From the NCBI GenBank assembly GCA_029717555.1, contig JAMDHS010000021.1, positions 1 to 64,000 on the forward strand: 64,000 nucleotides of DNA, written 5' to 3'. This document shows positions 51,601-63,999 of the stretch, in pieces. The DNA comes from Peribolospora baueri (lineage: Eukaryota). The notes under the pieces are model-generated. The model ran no database searches, was not told where the DNA came from, and worked only from the letters and a program-made list of their open reading frames with translations. The position numbers and the translations under genes are program-made. How positions within the stretch are numbered: position 1 is the stretch's first letter; each line of letters opens with the position of its first letter.

Positions 51601-52063
51601 CGTACTTGGCCATGTCGGGGGGAAGGCGGTAGTTGCTGTGGTAGGAGGACGTGGAGGCCGCCGTTCCGGGGGTGTTGGGGGGCAGGAGATGTGATCGCGG
51701 GGACGTGGGATCCTGAGGCGGGGCGATGTGGTGGAACAAGGTGAGCGTGGGGCATGGAGGGTTGGTGTGCACCTCTTCGGTTCGCTTGGGTTGGCATCAC
51801 TCCGCTGGACTCACCTGCGCACCATAGCCGTCGCGGGAGCCATAGCCGGCGCCAGGCGACCTTGGGCCCGAGCCAGGGCCGGCGGCGGCGGCAGCAGCGG
51901 CGGCTTGGGCGGCGGCGGCAGGATTGCCGCGATAAACCCTGGCGCCCACTTTGGAATCTGAAGGAGGGTGATGGGAGGAGGGCGACACGAGGGGGTCGCT
52001 GGATTGCTGGGCTGCTGCGTTGTTGGCGAAAGGGTAGTACTGTCCGCCTGTGGGAGACGGCAT
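48673..52063 (-). CDS. KRE6: KRE6/SKN1-family GH16 beta-1,6-glucan synthesis-associated protein
   Basis: RGLMNLG...[76 protein letters not shown] (ExDxxE), [20 protein letters not shown]; many short exons. Confidence 0.94.
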
Positions 52064-52661
52064 GTAGAGGGGAGAAGGGAAGGTGGAGAGGTGGGCGGGG
52101 GAGAAAGCGAGGGAGCGGGTGAGCGGGTGAGCGGGTGAGCGGTGAGCGGGCGAGAAAAGTGGCTGGGCGTGGGAGTGAGTGGAGAGAAGGGAGGGTGAGG
52201 GTGAAGGTGGATGAGGATGGAGATGGGCGCAGGGATGGATGATGGATGGTGGATGGAGGAGGAATGGAAAACTGGGCCGACGATGGACGATGGATGGAGG
52301 GCGGGAAATGGGGATCAGCAGATGCGGTGCACGCGGGCGACAGAGGGAGACTGCCAAGAAAGGATTTCCTGCTCGAAAGGGGTTCAGTCAGTTCAGTCGA
52401 GTCCGCAGTCACAAAGAGGAAAAGAGAGAGAGGACGATGCTCAGCTCAGCTCAAGCTCAGCTCAGCTCAGCCCTCCACTCATCTCATCTCATCCCATTCC
52501 ATTCCATTCGCCCCTCACCCGCCCGCCCAGCCTCACATCCACTTCGCCCGCCGGCGTCGGCAGAAGACGACGGGGACGTGGACGCCCAGGACAAACCCGG
52601 TTGGGCAAACTGCCGTCGGCGTGTGGCTCCTGTCGTCATCCATCCCATCCCATCGTGACCA

Positions 52662-52699
<38 letters not shown>

Positions 52700-52706
52700 C
52701 AGACAG
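52662..52706. repeat. (ACAG)n microsatellite upstream of KRE6
   Basis: Direct reading. Neighbouring (GCTCA)n at about 52439-52470 and (GAGCGGGT)n at about 52113-52150. Confidence 0.95.
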
Positions 52707-53305
52707 GCCGGAATGAAGAGACGCTCCGCCTCAAGCCCGGTGCAGTGCAGATCGTCTCAAACCGCCTTAGCCTCGCTCGAACGGCCATCTTCCTCCACCC
52801 TCAGCCGGCCCTAACGGCCACTACGCCGACTATGCCGCGACTTGGGCCAGCGCTTTCCTCTCCCGTCTCTCCCGTCCGTCGATCTAGCTGCCGACCTTGA
52901 TTTCTTCCGTCGCCGCCGACCATCCGTACAAGGACAGACACACCGCACGCTATGACCTCCTCGACCGACACGTCAACGCGACGGCAACAGTAGGGTTACC
53001 AGAATCCCAGTCGTGGCGTCCCTCTCCACCACATATATCTCCGAGTCCACCTTCATTCCTTCCCTTCACCTCCACCGCCTTCTCTCATCCAGACCACTCT
53101 CCCATATACGCTCAGCTAGCTAGCTAGCGCCTTTTTTCTCTTCAACGCTTTCACAGAGAGCATCACGTACGTCGGCTGACCCAGCGCAGCGTGTCCTGAC
53201 CATGTAGACTAGCAACGGTGTCGTGCGTGCGTGCAAGCCTGGTGGACGTACATGCTGCCATGTCGAGCGTGTACACCCGGCGACGATGAAAGCGTGAAAT
53301 AGACG

Positions 53306-53664
53306 GGTCGGATGGGATCGAATACGACCGACGGTCGGTCAGATAGATAGACGGACGGGCCACAGCCTGCGCTGTGGTTGGATTTGCGAAAAGGATACCA
53401 CCCTCCCTTCTCTCCCATCCTTCCTCCTTCCACCTCACGGCTAACCTACGCACCCTTCCTCCCTAAACGCATCTCATATCGCCCGATTGGATTGGTTCGG
53501 ATGGGATCCCATGAAAGAATAGGACCGTCGGTCAGATAGATAGACAGGCAGACGGGCCGATACCTGGCTGTGGTTGGATTTTAAAAAGGATACCACCCTC
53601 CCTTCTCTTCCATCCATCCTTCCTCCCTCCATCTCACAGACACAAACGCACCCTTCCTCCCTAA
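53306..53664. repeat. Imperfect direct duplication (~165 bp x2) of the COX16 stop/3'UTR segment
   Basis: Copies 53306-53466 and 53494-53664 share cggatgggatc, gtcggtcagatagatagac, gctgtggttggattt, aaaaggataccaccctcccttctct and acgcacccttcctccctaa in the same order. Confidence 0.92.
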
Positions 53665-54211
53665 TCCCTCGTCGTTCCCTCCCCCGGCAAGCCCCACTCC
53701 GGCACACCCTCCGGCCTCGGCACCCGCTTGTTCTCCCACTCGTCCAGTTCGTCTGCGTTTGCTTGGAGGCGCTGTAGGGCAAGTGAGGATGGTATGCGTT
53801 AGTTCGGGTTGTGAGTGCAACGGGCCGCACGGAAGGAGGACCCACAAAATACTCTTCCCGGATGTCCACCTTCTTCCTGTTCTTGTTCATGCGCAGCTCG
53901 TCCTCCTTGCTCACCTGGCCGCGAACCGATGGATGGCCAGCCGGGTGGTGGCCGGTGGGAAGTGAGCTGCCGCCCATCATTCTTTCCTTCATCCATCCAT
54001 CAACTCCTTCGTTCGAACGGCTCACCTGCGACACCTTCTGGTCCTGCAACTCGTACCTCGTCTGCGTCAGCGAGCTCAGCGCAAAGCTCGCCCCGACGAT
54101 CGTCACCAGGAACGGCGCACCAAAGAGGAGGACCGGGTGCCGGCGGACGCTCCTCAGGAGCGACCGCGACAAGGGGGACCCGCGGTACGGCTTGGAGGTG
54201 AAGGTGGGCAT
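53661..54211 (-). CDS. COX16: Cytochrome c oxidase assembly protein
   Basis: Exons 54211-54026, 53914-53846 and 53771-53661 give RRHPVLLFGAPFLVTIVGASFALSSLTQTRYE...RKKVDIREEYFRL...DEWENKRVPRP. Confidence 0.93.
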
Positions 54212-54816
54212 CGGCACTGGCGGCAAGAAGAACAAATCGAAAATCCAAGGCCGGGCCGACGGAGGCCGATATTCGAAAAGCGACGGTAATCGGGTTTATA
54301 ATGGCGTCCCGTGGCGCGCCATTACTCCGGCCATTACGCCATTAACGCGCGGCGAGGGTCGGCTGACGTCGTCTCGTCTCGTACGACTTGCCCAATTCGG
54401 CACCTCCGCCCACTCGACGGCGACCGACCCCCCTCCTCGTCCCTCGTCTCCACCCCTCTCCTTCTTCTTTTCCGTCTCTCAACCTTCTCGCCCCTTTCTC
54501 TCCTGCCCACTCTCGTCCTCCTCCTCTCCCTGTTCGCCCACCGCGCGCAGTCCGATCACGGACCCACTTTCGCCCCCGTCACCTCGTCGCCAACCAACGT
54601 GCGGCAACCGTGCCCGTAGTCAGATAACCTGGCCGTCCGTCCGTCCATCGCATTGGCCACCCACCCCTCCGTTCACCTTCACCAAGACCCGGTCCAAGTG
54701 AGCCGCGTATTCGTGTCCATCGCCGCTTGCACGCAACCGCGCCGGCCTCCCTAGTCATCCTCACCGCCTTCCCGCAGCGCAACAGATAATTGACCGACGC
54801 GGGTTCGGATCCGATC

Positions 54817-56718
54817 ATGGGCTTCAAAGACCATCTCCTCCCACAACCACCCTCGTTCGAAAAGAAGAAGCAGTACAAGTTCGGTCACAACCTAGGAGAA
54901 GGAACGTTTGGCGTCGTTAAGCAGGCCACGTGGGTCTCTGCTAAGCCGCCCATCGGCGTGGCTATCAAGGTCATTCCCAAGAAAAATGTAAAGTCAGTCG
55001 CGTCCGTCCAGTTCGTCCGTCCACTTTCCCTGGCGACGTCGGGAGCGAGCCGGCGCCCGCGCCCCCTCTTTGCTCGACTGATTCCTCTCGTTCCATCCGT
55101 TTCTTCTGCTGTCTTTCAGAGGCCATGAGGATATCGTGATGGACGAGATGAACGTCATGAAAGGACTCGATCAGCCTCATATCGGTCAGTGCGCCGAGAG
55201 AAGGATTAGAACGAGCGTTGTGGACCGTTCGCCGTCTAACCCTGTCTTTTCCTTTTCCTTCATCCATCCAGTCAAGTTTCTCGACTGGTTCGAGTCCCGG
55301 GACAAGGTGCGACCCGGCGTCGTCCCATCTGCCACCCCGTCATCCCACGCCGTGCTCATCCTCCTTCCTCTCCTCTCCCACGCCAGTTCTACCTCGTCTT
55401 TGAAGAGGCCACCGGCGGCGAGCTCTTCGAGCGCATCCTCTCCCGAGGCCGCTTTACCGAGGCGGACGCGGTAAAGGTGATCAAAGCGATCCTCTCCGCC
55501 GTCGCCTACTTGCACAAGCACAACATCGTCCACCGCGACCTCAAGCCGGAGAACATCCTATACCGCACCAAGGCCGAGGACGCCAACGTGGTCATCGTCG
55601 ACTTCGGCATTGCCAGACACCTCGAGACCGACGATGAGGTGCTCACTCAGGTCTGTGGCAGCTTTGGTTACGCTGCCCCCGAGATTTTGGAAAAGCGCGG
55701 GCATGGCAAGGCGGTGGATATGTGGAGCTTGGGCATCATCACGTACACCATGTCAGTCGACCTTGGCCTGTCTCGCCGTCGTCGTCGTCGTTCGCTCATC
55801 TGTCGTCATCGTCGCCTTCCTCCCTCACCCTTGTCCACATCAAGGCTGTGCGGATACACCCCTTTCCGATCCGACGACCCTCAAGCGCTGGCAGAAGAGA
55901 CTACTAGGGGCAGGATCGAGTTCCACGAGCGATATTGGAAGAACATCAGCGAGGAGGGTGAGTAAGAGGAAGGTCGTCGCGTAATCCATGATGCACTGCC
56001 TCACGAGCGAGCTGACCTCTTTTTCTTCTCCTTTCCGCCCGCCAGCCAAAGACTTCATCCGCAGTCTCGCACAGGTAGACCCATCCAAGAGGCCCACGGC
56101 GGAAGAGGCGCTCAAACACAAGGTACGCCCCCCGTTCGTCCGTTCACGTCTGACCTGTTCGATTCGGCCACCTGACTGATCGACCAACGGCGTCTCGCCT
56201 CCTCATCATCGTCCCTCTCCGTTTCTCCCTCTCCGTTTCCCCCTTGTCCACCGGTCTTGTAGTGGCTCACGGACCACGACGCGTCGGACAACGTGGACAT
56301 CTCGCTCGGCCTTCGGGAGAACTATCGCAAGCGCTGGCGAACGGCGATCAACGCCGTGCGCGCTTCCACCAAGTTTAACAAGGTTCTCAAAGATAACGCC
56401 GGAGCCGGAGCCGGAGCAGGGCCTGCGGTTGCTCCAGCTGAAGGCGGCGTCGGACGCGCGGCGTCCGGCGGTCTAGTCGCCCCATCGCCTGGCCTGAGCG
56501 TGAGCTCCGGCAGCGGCGAGACCAGTTCGGCGGCGAGCGCGAGGCACAGGAAGCAGGACGCCACACCCAATTCGGGGCGGAACGGCATCGCGGCGGCAGC
56601 GGTTGCGCACGAACCTGAGGAAGAGGACGACGACGAGGGCAGTGAGGGAGGATGGGCTACTGGGGAGGAAGGCGACCTGGACGAAGATGTTCCCGACCAT
56701 CCGTCCCGTCCACAATGA
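54817..56718 (+). CDS. Ca2+/calmodulin-dependent protein kinase (CMK1/CMK2-like)
   Basis: QPPSFEKKKQYKFGHNLGEGTFGVV, VAIK, GGELFERI, HRDLKPEN, DFG, GSFGYAAPE, DMWSLG, and the CaM-binding-like RKRWRTAINAVRA. Confidence 0.95.
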
Positions 56719-57558
56719 TTTGGCCCGGCGAATGCCCACTCTTCCGCCCTCATCATCATCAAGAGCTCCAAGAGCTCATAGCGTGTGTGATGCCTCAGTG
56801 CAATCCAGACGTCCTCTTTCACTGTCGCAGTGGCTCAGAAGGGTCACTAGGTGCGATTCAACGGAGGACGACCGCAGTGTTGGTTTTGCTCCCTGGGGGA
56901 GATAGGTCGGGAACGGAGGCAAGGCTCGGTTCGAGTATTTGCACGGATGACGTGTAGATGACGGTTCGACGGCTCTTCTCGTGCGGTATACCTACTATTT
57001 TCTTTCTTTCTTTTCTTCTCCTTCCCTGCCCACTTTTCCGTTCACATGCTCAATCACTCACCCAAATCCCCTGTATCCGACGTCCTTAACAGGATCATGT
57101 TTCCCCCGCGCGTCGTCTGTGCCGGCCACATGCGCCCTGAGGTAGGCACCATCTTTTCTTGTGTTTTGCTCGCTTGCTCGCTCTCTCTTCCTGTACTGTT
57201 TGCTCTCTTCCTCTTCGTTGGCGATGAACTGCTGGAGCGAACCCCCTCTTGAGTAACGTCCACAGCCTGTCGGTGGTCCGCAGCGAAGCGTGATCGCTGC
57301 GCGGGACCGAAGGCGCGTGGAGTGGAGACGCGTCTGAAGTGACGTGAGAGTGGAAGGGTAAATAAACACTGCTCGCGAAATGAAGTGAGATGAGATAAAT
57401 AAACTCCACCCATCGCTTCTCTCAGCCGATCGATCGATCACCTCTCGAAGCGCTCGCTCGACGATCGAACGAACGAGTAGACTCGACCTCGACTTTCTCC
57501 TCTGTCTCTTCTCATCCTCGCACAGCTTCCCTCGCCCCTCCCTAACCCCCTTCTCGCC

Positions 57559-58985
57559 ATGCCCCCGTCCACCCACCACCGCCCATCCGCCTCCCTCTCT
57601 CTCTTCGATCGCGTCGGCGTCTCCCACCTGACGGGCACCAGTCCCGGCAACGACGACAACCCGTCACGCCCCGAGCTGAGGGCGCAGCTTCGGATTAGGG
57701 ACGCCGAGCTGGAGGAACTCAAGGCTAGGTTGGGCGAGGCGGAGAGGAGGGAGGAAAAGGAGCGGGAGAGGGTTAGGGAGTTGAAGGGAGTGAGTTGGCT
57801 TGTCTGTCTGTCTGTCCGTCCGTCCGTCTATCTATCCGTATCCGCCTTTGTTTGCCCCTTTTGCGTCGCCGTACTGACTTCACATTTCCCCACCCCTCAC
57901 TGCAATTTGCTCCAGAAAGCGGACCGGGCTCTTTCACAGCAACAAGTGACGAGGCTCGAGCGCGAGTTCAACTCACAGGAGGCCATCCTTCAGGGTTTGC
58001 AGAAGGAGTAAGTGAGCAGAACGAGGCGAGGCGGAGCGACCGCGGAGCCGGTTTTCTTCTATCATCGTTTTGCTCACTCCCATTCTCGCCATGTTACTTC
58101 CTTTCCTTCCACGCACACCCATCCATCCGTTATTTCCACTTCCACTTCCACTTCCCCCTCCCCCTCTTCCCCCCATACACTCCCCCTACCAATAGCAACG
58201 AAGACAAGACGATAGCCCTAGAAACGCTTCGCCGGCGCCACAAGACCCTCTCCGACTTTTGCGAGCGCCACTTCGGCGAGGACTGGGAGGCCGTCGTCTA
58301 CGCCGCTCCTTCCAGCAGCGGCGGCGCGGGGGTAGGCGGTGGCGGCGGAAGTGGGTCGACCTCTGCAGCTTTGGCCGTCGCTTCTCCCGGTGCGGTCGGC
58401 GGCGCAACTGGTGTGAATGCCAACATGGGTGTCCTGGGCGTAGGGAGCCCGTTGGTGAGGATCCTGAGCAGCACCTCCCCAAGTCCCGTCAAACGCTCCT
58501 CCCGACCTCCGTTGGTCAGCCCTCTGACGCCGCCGATCTCCTCGGTCGCCGCCGCGATGACCATCGCCGAGGAGTCGGAAGGCGACGGCGAAGCTCAGAG
58601 CGCCAATGACTGGGTTCCTGCAAACGAGACGCTGCCGGTTGTAGACGAGAGTTACGCGGAGGAGACCGAGGTGCCCACTTCCAAAAAGGAAGGCGCCGGA
58701 GAAGGAGCTACCCACCACGTCCTCCCCGACGCGCACGCTGCCGCAACGATCCCCGCGGAGCAGCTCGTGCAACACCTCGTCAATCTTAAACTTCTCGTCC
58801 AAGGCCTCGAGCGCCGTTTGGCGGGACGGCAGACGCTGGCAGAGGAGGGCCTCAAGCGAGCCGAGGAGGCGGAGCGGGAGCTGGAGAAGATGAGGGCGGT
58901 GTGGGAGGCTAGGTTCGGCGACAAGCCGCCCTTGCGTTCGTCTGCCTCTTCCACCTCTGCCGCGAACCCCCTCATCTTAGCTTGA
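57559..58985 (+). CDS. Hypothetical coiled-coil protein
   Basis: Three phase-consistent exons (57559-57789, 57915-58007, 58195-58985). Heptad-rich N- and C-terminal helices flank an S/P-rich linker. Confidence 0.75.
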
Positions 58986-61570
58986 ACGCTTCTAGCGACG
59001 ATGTCACATGGCTTGTTTTACTGCACTGCACTGTTGATACCCTTCCTTCTTCAAGCCAGACACGGTCGCCGCGATGTTCCGTCGACCCCTGTCATCTTTC
59101 CGCAACCCTTTCTTGATACCCTCGACCGTCCGTCACTTTTATCTTTCTAATGAGTAATAAGCCGCCGCCGTCGAGCCTGCGAGAGCAGCCATTGTTGGAA
59201 AAGAGCCGTCAGGATGCGAGTGGGCGAGCCTTGTCCAATAAGTCGGAGTAATATCTGTCCGGCAGAGCGAGAGCAATCTCTTCCAACATGTTGGCCACGC
59301 CAAGATAAAATGCAAAGCAGTATACAGACGGACGTAAAACTCGTCCCTCTCAAAGGCTCACCACGGCGAGCCCAGCGCGAATCGGCCGTGGACGACTTGG
59401 AAAAGGGAGGGGGGTTGACGTCCAACGTCTTCAGCTTTCTTGTTGGCTAGGTTCAAGCATCATACGTCGTTGGAGCGCTTGGACATATGATGGCGTCGGT
59501 TCAACCTTGCACTGCGGCATCGAAGAATAAATATGGTCCCGACAGGGCTCGACAAAGTTCCTTCCGGTATACGTTTACCCACAATCATCCACCAACGCCG
59601 GCGAGGCCACGTCGGTCGTGTTCCGGTCGGTCCTTCTTACTAAGGTCATGCGACATAGATGACCGGAGCGGGCTCTGTGATCTGCTTTTCGATCCTCCCC
59701 ACACTTGCCACACCCTCGCGCCGGATACTCTCCAAACTTTTCCACCAATACGAAGTGGGACGAGACGACGGGAGAGAAGGTATGTTGACAAATCCCGATG
59801 GGAGCGAAACCATTCTCCTTCTGTATCTGCATTCCTCGTGCGAATCAGCGTTCTTTTTTCACCTCACATCTCACATCTCACCACTGCTCATATACAGCTC
59901 TCGACTACGCGGCGTGGACCTGGCTCAGCGCGGAATTTCGACTGGCATTGATGACGTCGTGAAGAGGAAGTGGAGGCAGTGGGACCCGAGCCTGGAGTCC
60001 AATATACCACCTTTCCCAATTAGTCTCCTCGAGCACCCAAAGAACTCGAGGCTCGTCTCTCGCCCATAATCATTTCGGTTCTCCGCTTGAGCACAGGACT
60101 CTACTCGTGCTCCCGCCGGGAAGAGATCCGGCAATCTACCAGGTGATGGCGACCTTGAGTGATCTTGGAGTGCCTGCGGAAAAGCACGAGCTTCTCAGCG
60201 CTCTCTCAAGGGCATGAATATGGTCGCCGGTCGGAATGAATCTTACGACGTGGATCAGGCGGGCCCACGTCACTTAACCAATCCAGCGTCGCTTTTGTCG
60301 GTCGCTTTCTTGCGGTCTTCGGCGATAGATCTTTACCGCCATAGCCTTGCGGGCAGGCCCAAGTCAGGCCGGCGTCTGTCTCCGAATGCAGGCCGATCTG
60401 GCGCTGAGCGCCGCACTGAGCGCCGTAAATCTACACTCAGGGCCGGCGACTCACAGAAGTGCCGGCGGACACCAGCGGAGCGCAGTGCACAAGAAAAAAG
60501 GGGCCCATCGTCCCGCTACGTCTTCCCATTGTTGAAAAGAAACCGGTTACGACGCCAAGTCTGGATTGGGCTTGGAGACGCAAAGCAAAAGGGCGCGCTG
60601 CGTGCCTACATCGGTTCCTTTGGCTTTTTTGACGGCACGGTGTCAAACCCGCCCGCGTGCCAACGTCCGGCCGAGATGCTAGACTTGTTACGGGGCAGGC
60701 TATACACGTTGGCGACGGTCTGGATGATCTTTGAGTGGGCAATTGGGCGCATTGATCAAGGTAAGATGGTTATATTCGGACGGATTTGAGGCGGTGGTCC
60801 AAGGTGAGGAACGAACGACGAAGCGACGTCGACCATGTGCCATTCTGTTTTCTCCACGTAGCACGTCCTGAACGACCGAATTGTAAGCCTAAAACGGTCG
60901 GTCGCCCATGGCCACTCGTCTGGCCGTGACGCATTGAACAGGCCAGGCCTACACACATCCCGACGACGACGCATATCGAGCGGCGGCCTCGCGACGCTCT
61001 ACAAGAATCGTATCGGCCAAGCCCGACGGGCCTTTGTACGCGACGGTCGGTCGGGACGTCAAAATTTCATGCGACCGTCGTCGCCACGGGAGAACTGCAA
61101 AGCGCCTTTTTTTCTCTGATCGCGTCGTCTGCCGTGCTGTTCGCTGGCGTCACAGTCACTCCCGCAGGTCGAGGTCGCGTCGCGGACCACCAAGGGACGC
61201 TCGCGCGAAGGGGACGGATTGGTATTATAATCACAGCCGACCTGCCTACCCGACAAGTTCGTTCGGGACGGAGCGAAAACGCCACCCTCGTCGACGGCCT
61301 TGCGGTGACGAGACCAAGACGACCGACTACTACGGCAGAGGAAGGATGTGTACGCAATCGATCGACTGAGTAAATCGAGATTAAGGTGTGCTGCTCGTCG
61401 ACGCCGCTCATCGGCGAGAAAGATTGGCAAGGAAGGGGAGAGGAAATGAGAGGAACGCTGGCACATCGAGACACGGGGGCTCAAGAGGTAAAAAGATGGA
61501 ATCAAGATATCTGACCCGACCTGGAACCCGGTCCGAATATCGAACGGCGCGGCGCGGGAGGACGTTGCGT

Positions 61571-63999
61571 TCAAATGACGCCTCCACAATTGGGACAAGT
61601 CCAAACGCATCCTTCCGCTTTCTGCCACCTCCCCTCGTCGTCCTGAAACACCCATCCCAATTTCGATGCCTGGTTTTCCACTTGCCAGTTCTTCCTCTTG
61701 CCCTTCTGTCTTCCCTTGCGCTGAGGGCTGCTGAAGACTACATCGTTGGACGCGCCTCGTCCCTCGCCAGATCCTCCTGTGGCGTCGCACCGGTCACGCT
61801 TTCCTGCTCCTGAACCGGAGCGGGGCCTCAATGGGGACTGGAGAGCCGCAACTGCAGCCACTTTGGCGGACCGGGTCGGCGTACGTCTGACTGGCGAGAG
61901 GGCCGCGAGGTTGCGCAGCCGCGAAGAGGCTCGCTTCATCGACGACGTGCCGTCGCCGCTGCCGTTCAAGGCAGCCCGCTCACCCTCCTGCTGCTGCGCG
62001 GCCGGAGCGTGTCCATTCTCGCCCCCTTCGGAGGGTGCCGATGTTGAATCGCCCGCCACCGGTGGTGGCGCCCGAGATTCTTTCCTCCTCCGCTCCCCCT
62101 CCAACTCATCGATCCATTCGTCGATGCCCAAAGACTTTCTCCAATTCTTCCTCAGCCCGCTGCCCTTTTTACCACGTGCGATGCCGTTAACGACATCATT
62201 CACCAGTTCCCTCGCTCGGAAGACCTTCGCGATGTTGCCAGCCACGCGGACGCGAACGGCTTCGCCGGGCTTGGTGGATGAGTAGATCCAACCGCCGCGA
62301 GTGATGGAGGAGCGAGCCAGCTGGAGCAGCTCCGTCGGTAAGGGGCCGCCTGGGGCGTGCTGGTACACATCTGCAGAGTCAGGGAAGAGTCCCTCGTATG
62401 GCGACTGTGCTCCGTCTGTGTTGTCGGCTTGCGCCTTCGTTGAAGAAGGTGCCTCCTCCGTCGTCGTATCAGTAGATAGCCTTGCCTTTTTCGACGGGCG
62501 ATCTTCGCCAGACGCGGGATCCTCGTCGAGTTTGTCGAAATCGGGATGTCCGACGTACGTCAATCGAACGTCTTGCTCCTCGGGCTCATACACGCCCGCG
62601 AGCTCGAAGGCCAGCAAGTCGCGCTTGCGAGAGGGGCGGACGGATCCCTTGAAAGCGAGATAGCCCTGATGCCACCAGGTCTTGCATCCCGGCCGAGGGC
62701 AGTAAACCATGCGGTCTTGCAGAGGGTCGTAGAAGCCTGTGGGGTGAGGCGGTTGATTGCGCTGTGTCGAGAAAGGGCTTAAGTCAGGCTCGCTTCACGA
62801 AAGCGACATCGACCGCCGTGGATGGATCGCTCACGTCGTATCTCCTGCCGACGGCGTTGTACGTGTAGCGCCACCAGTAGCTCGGATTAGGCTCTTCGGC
62901 GTCTTCCGACATTTCGTCGAATTGTACCACATCGGCGACCCCTGTCGTGCGACCGGGTCAGCGAAAAACGAGTGGACGAAGGGAATCGGATGTGAGCGGC
63001 CCGAGGGAGGACGACGAACGCGGCGACTTGCGACACATCAACCTCACCGTCAAAGGTGCGAACGTCGACAATCTGCTCATGGTTCGAATATGCGACCTCC
63101 TTCGCCTCCCGACAGACGCGCACGGCGCTGTCCGAAGCAAACGAACGGCCAGGGTCAGCGAATCCACCTGCCCGGGGAGCACCTTGCGGGTCGAAGAGTT
63201 GTGCAACGACGCTCACTTCTGACCAGACATATCGTCATACTTGTAGTAATACGCAACCTTAAGCCAGCTAGACAATTGAAAAAACGTCGGATGTGCGCTG
63301 AATCCGATTTTCCTCCACCGACGTGCGAAGGGTGGATGCCACGGTCTACTCACACGTAGTCTGACCCTTTGGCGCGGATCTCCCTGACCTTGGCAAGGTA
63401 CAAATCATCTTCGGGGATCTTCACATCTACATCGACGTCCTCGCTGTCCCCTTCTGCGGGCCGGAGAAAAATGTCCTCTCCCACTGTGGACACGTGGCAA
63501 AAGTCAGCGGAGTCGGGTGTTCAAACGAGCGCGTCAGAGGCACCAGCGCTCCGCCGTTTCTCGTCCGGAACGTGGCGCACCCGTGGCCGTGCTCTTCCCG
63601 CAAGTCGACGCGGGTTAGGGGCAAGCGCCGTGGCCGCCGTACGCTGCAGTCGAGGCGCCTTCGGGAAACGCGAGCGGAGTGAAGACTCACGGTGGACCTT
63701 AATGTTGTTATCGGGGACTGTCAAACGCGTGGTCGCCAAGCCATGCATGCGCCGCAAAGTCGTCAGATGGCGATTCATCCGGCTGCGCCAAGGACAGAGA
63801 AAGAGCTAAAGGCGAGCTCGGGCTCACGCATAAAGCTCTTGAATTTGGTCAGTTTCGCAAATTCTTCGGGCGACGGCTTTGGCCGTTCGTCTATTCCTTT
63901 TTCGTCCGCTTGTTCAGCCACCTCGTCGGTGCTCTGGGGGTCCGGATGGCCATTAGTAGAGGCGTGTGGGGCGTTTCCGAGATCCTCGGGGGCGACCAT
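61571..63999 (-). CDS. BAH-domain protein with split, degenerate PHD finger (EPR-1/EBS-like chromatin reader); 5' end may lie beyond the window
   Basis: Spliced BAH HLGEDIFLRP...DDLYLAKVREIRAKGSDYVWLKVAYYYK...EVAYSNHEQIVDVRTFDGVADVVQFDE...YWWRYTY, then YDPLQDRMVYCPRPGCKTWWH and a C-terminal WTCPNC. Confidence 0.8.
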
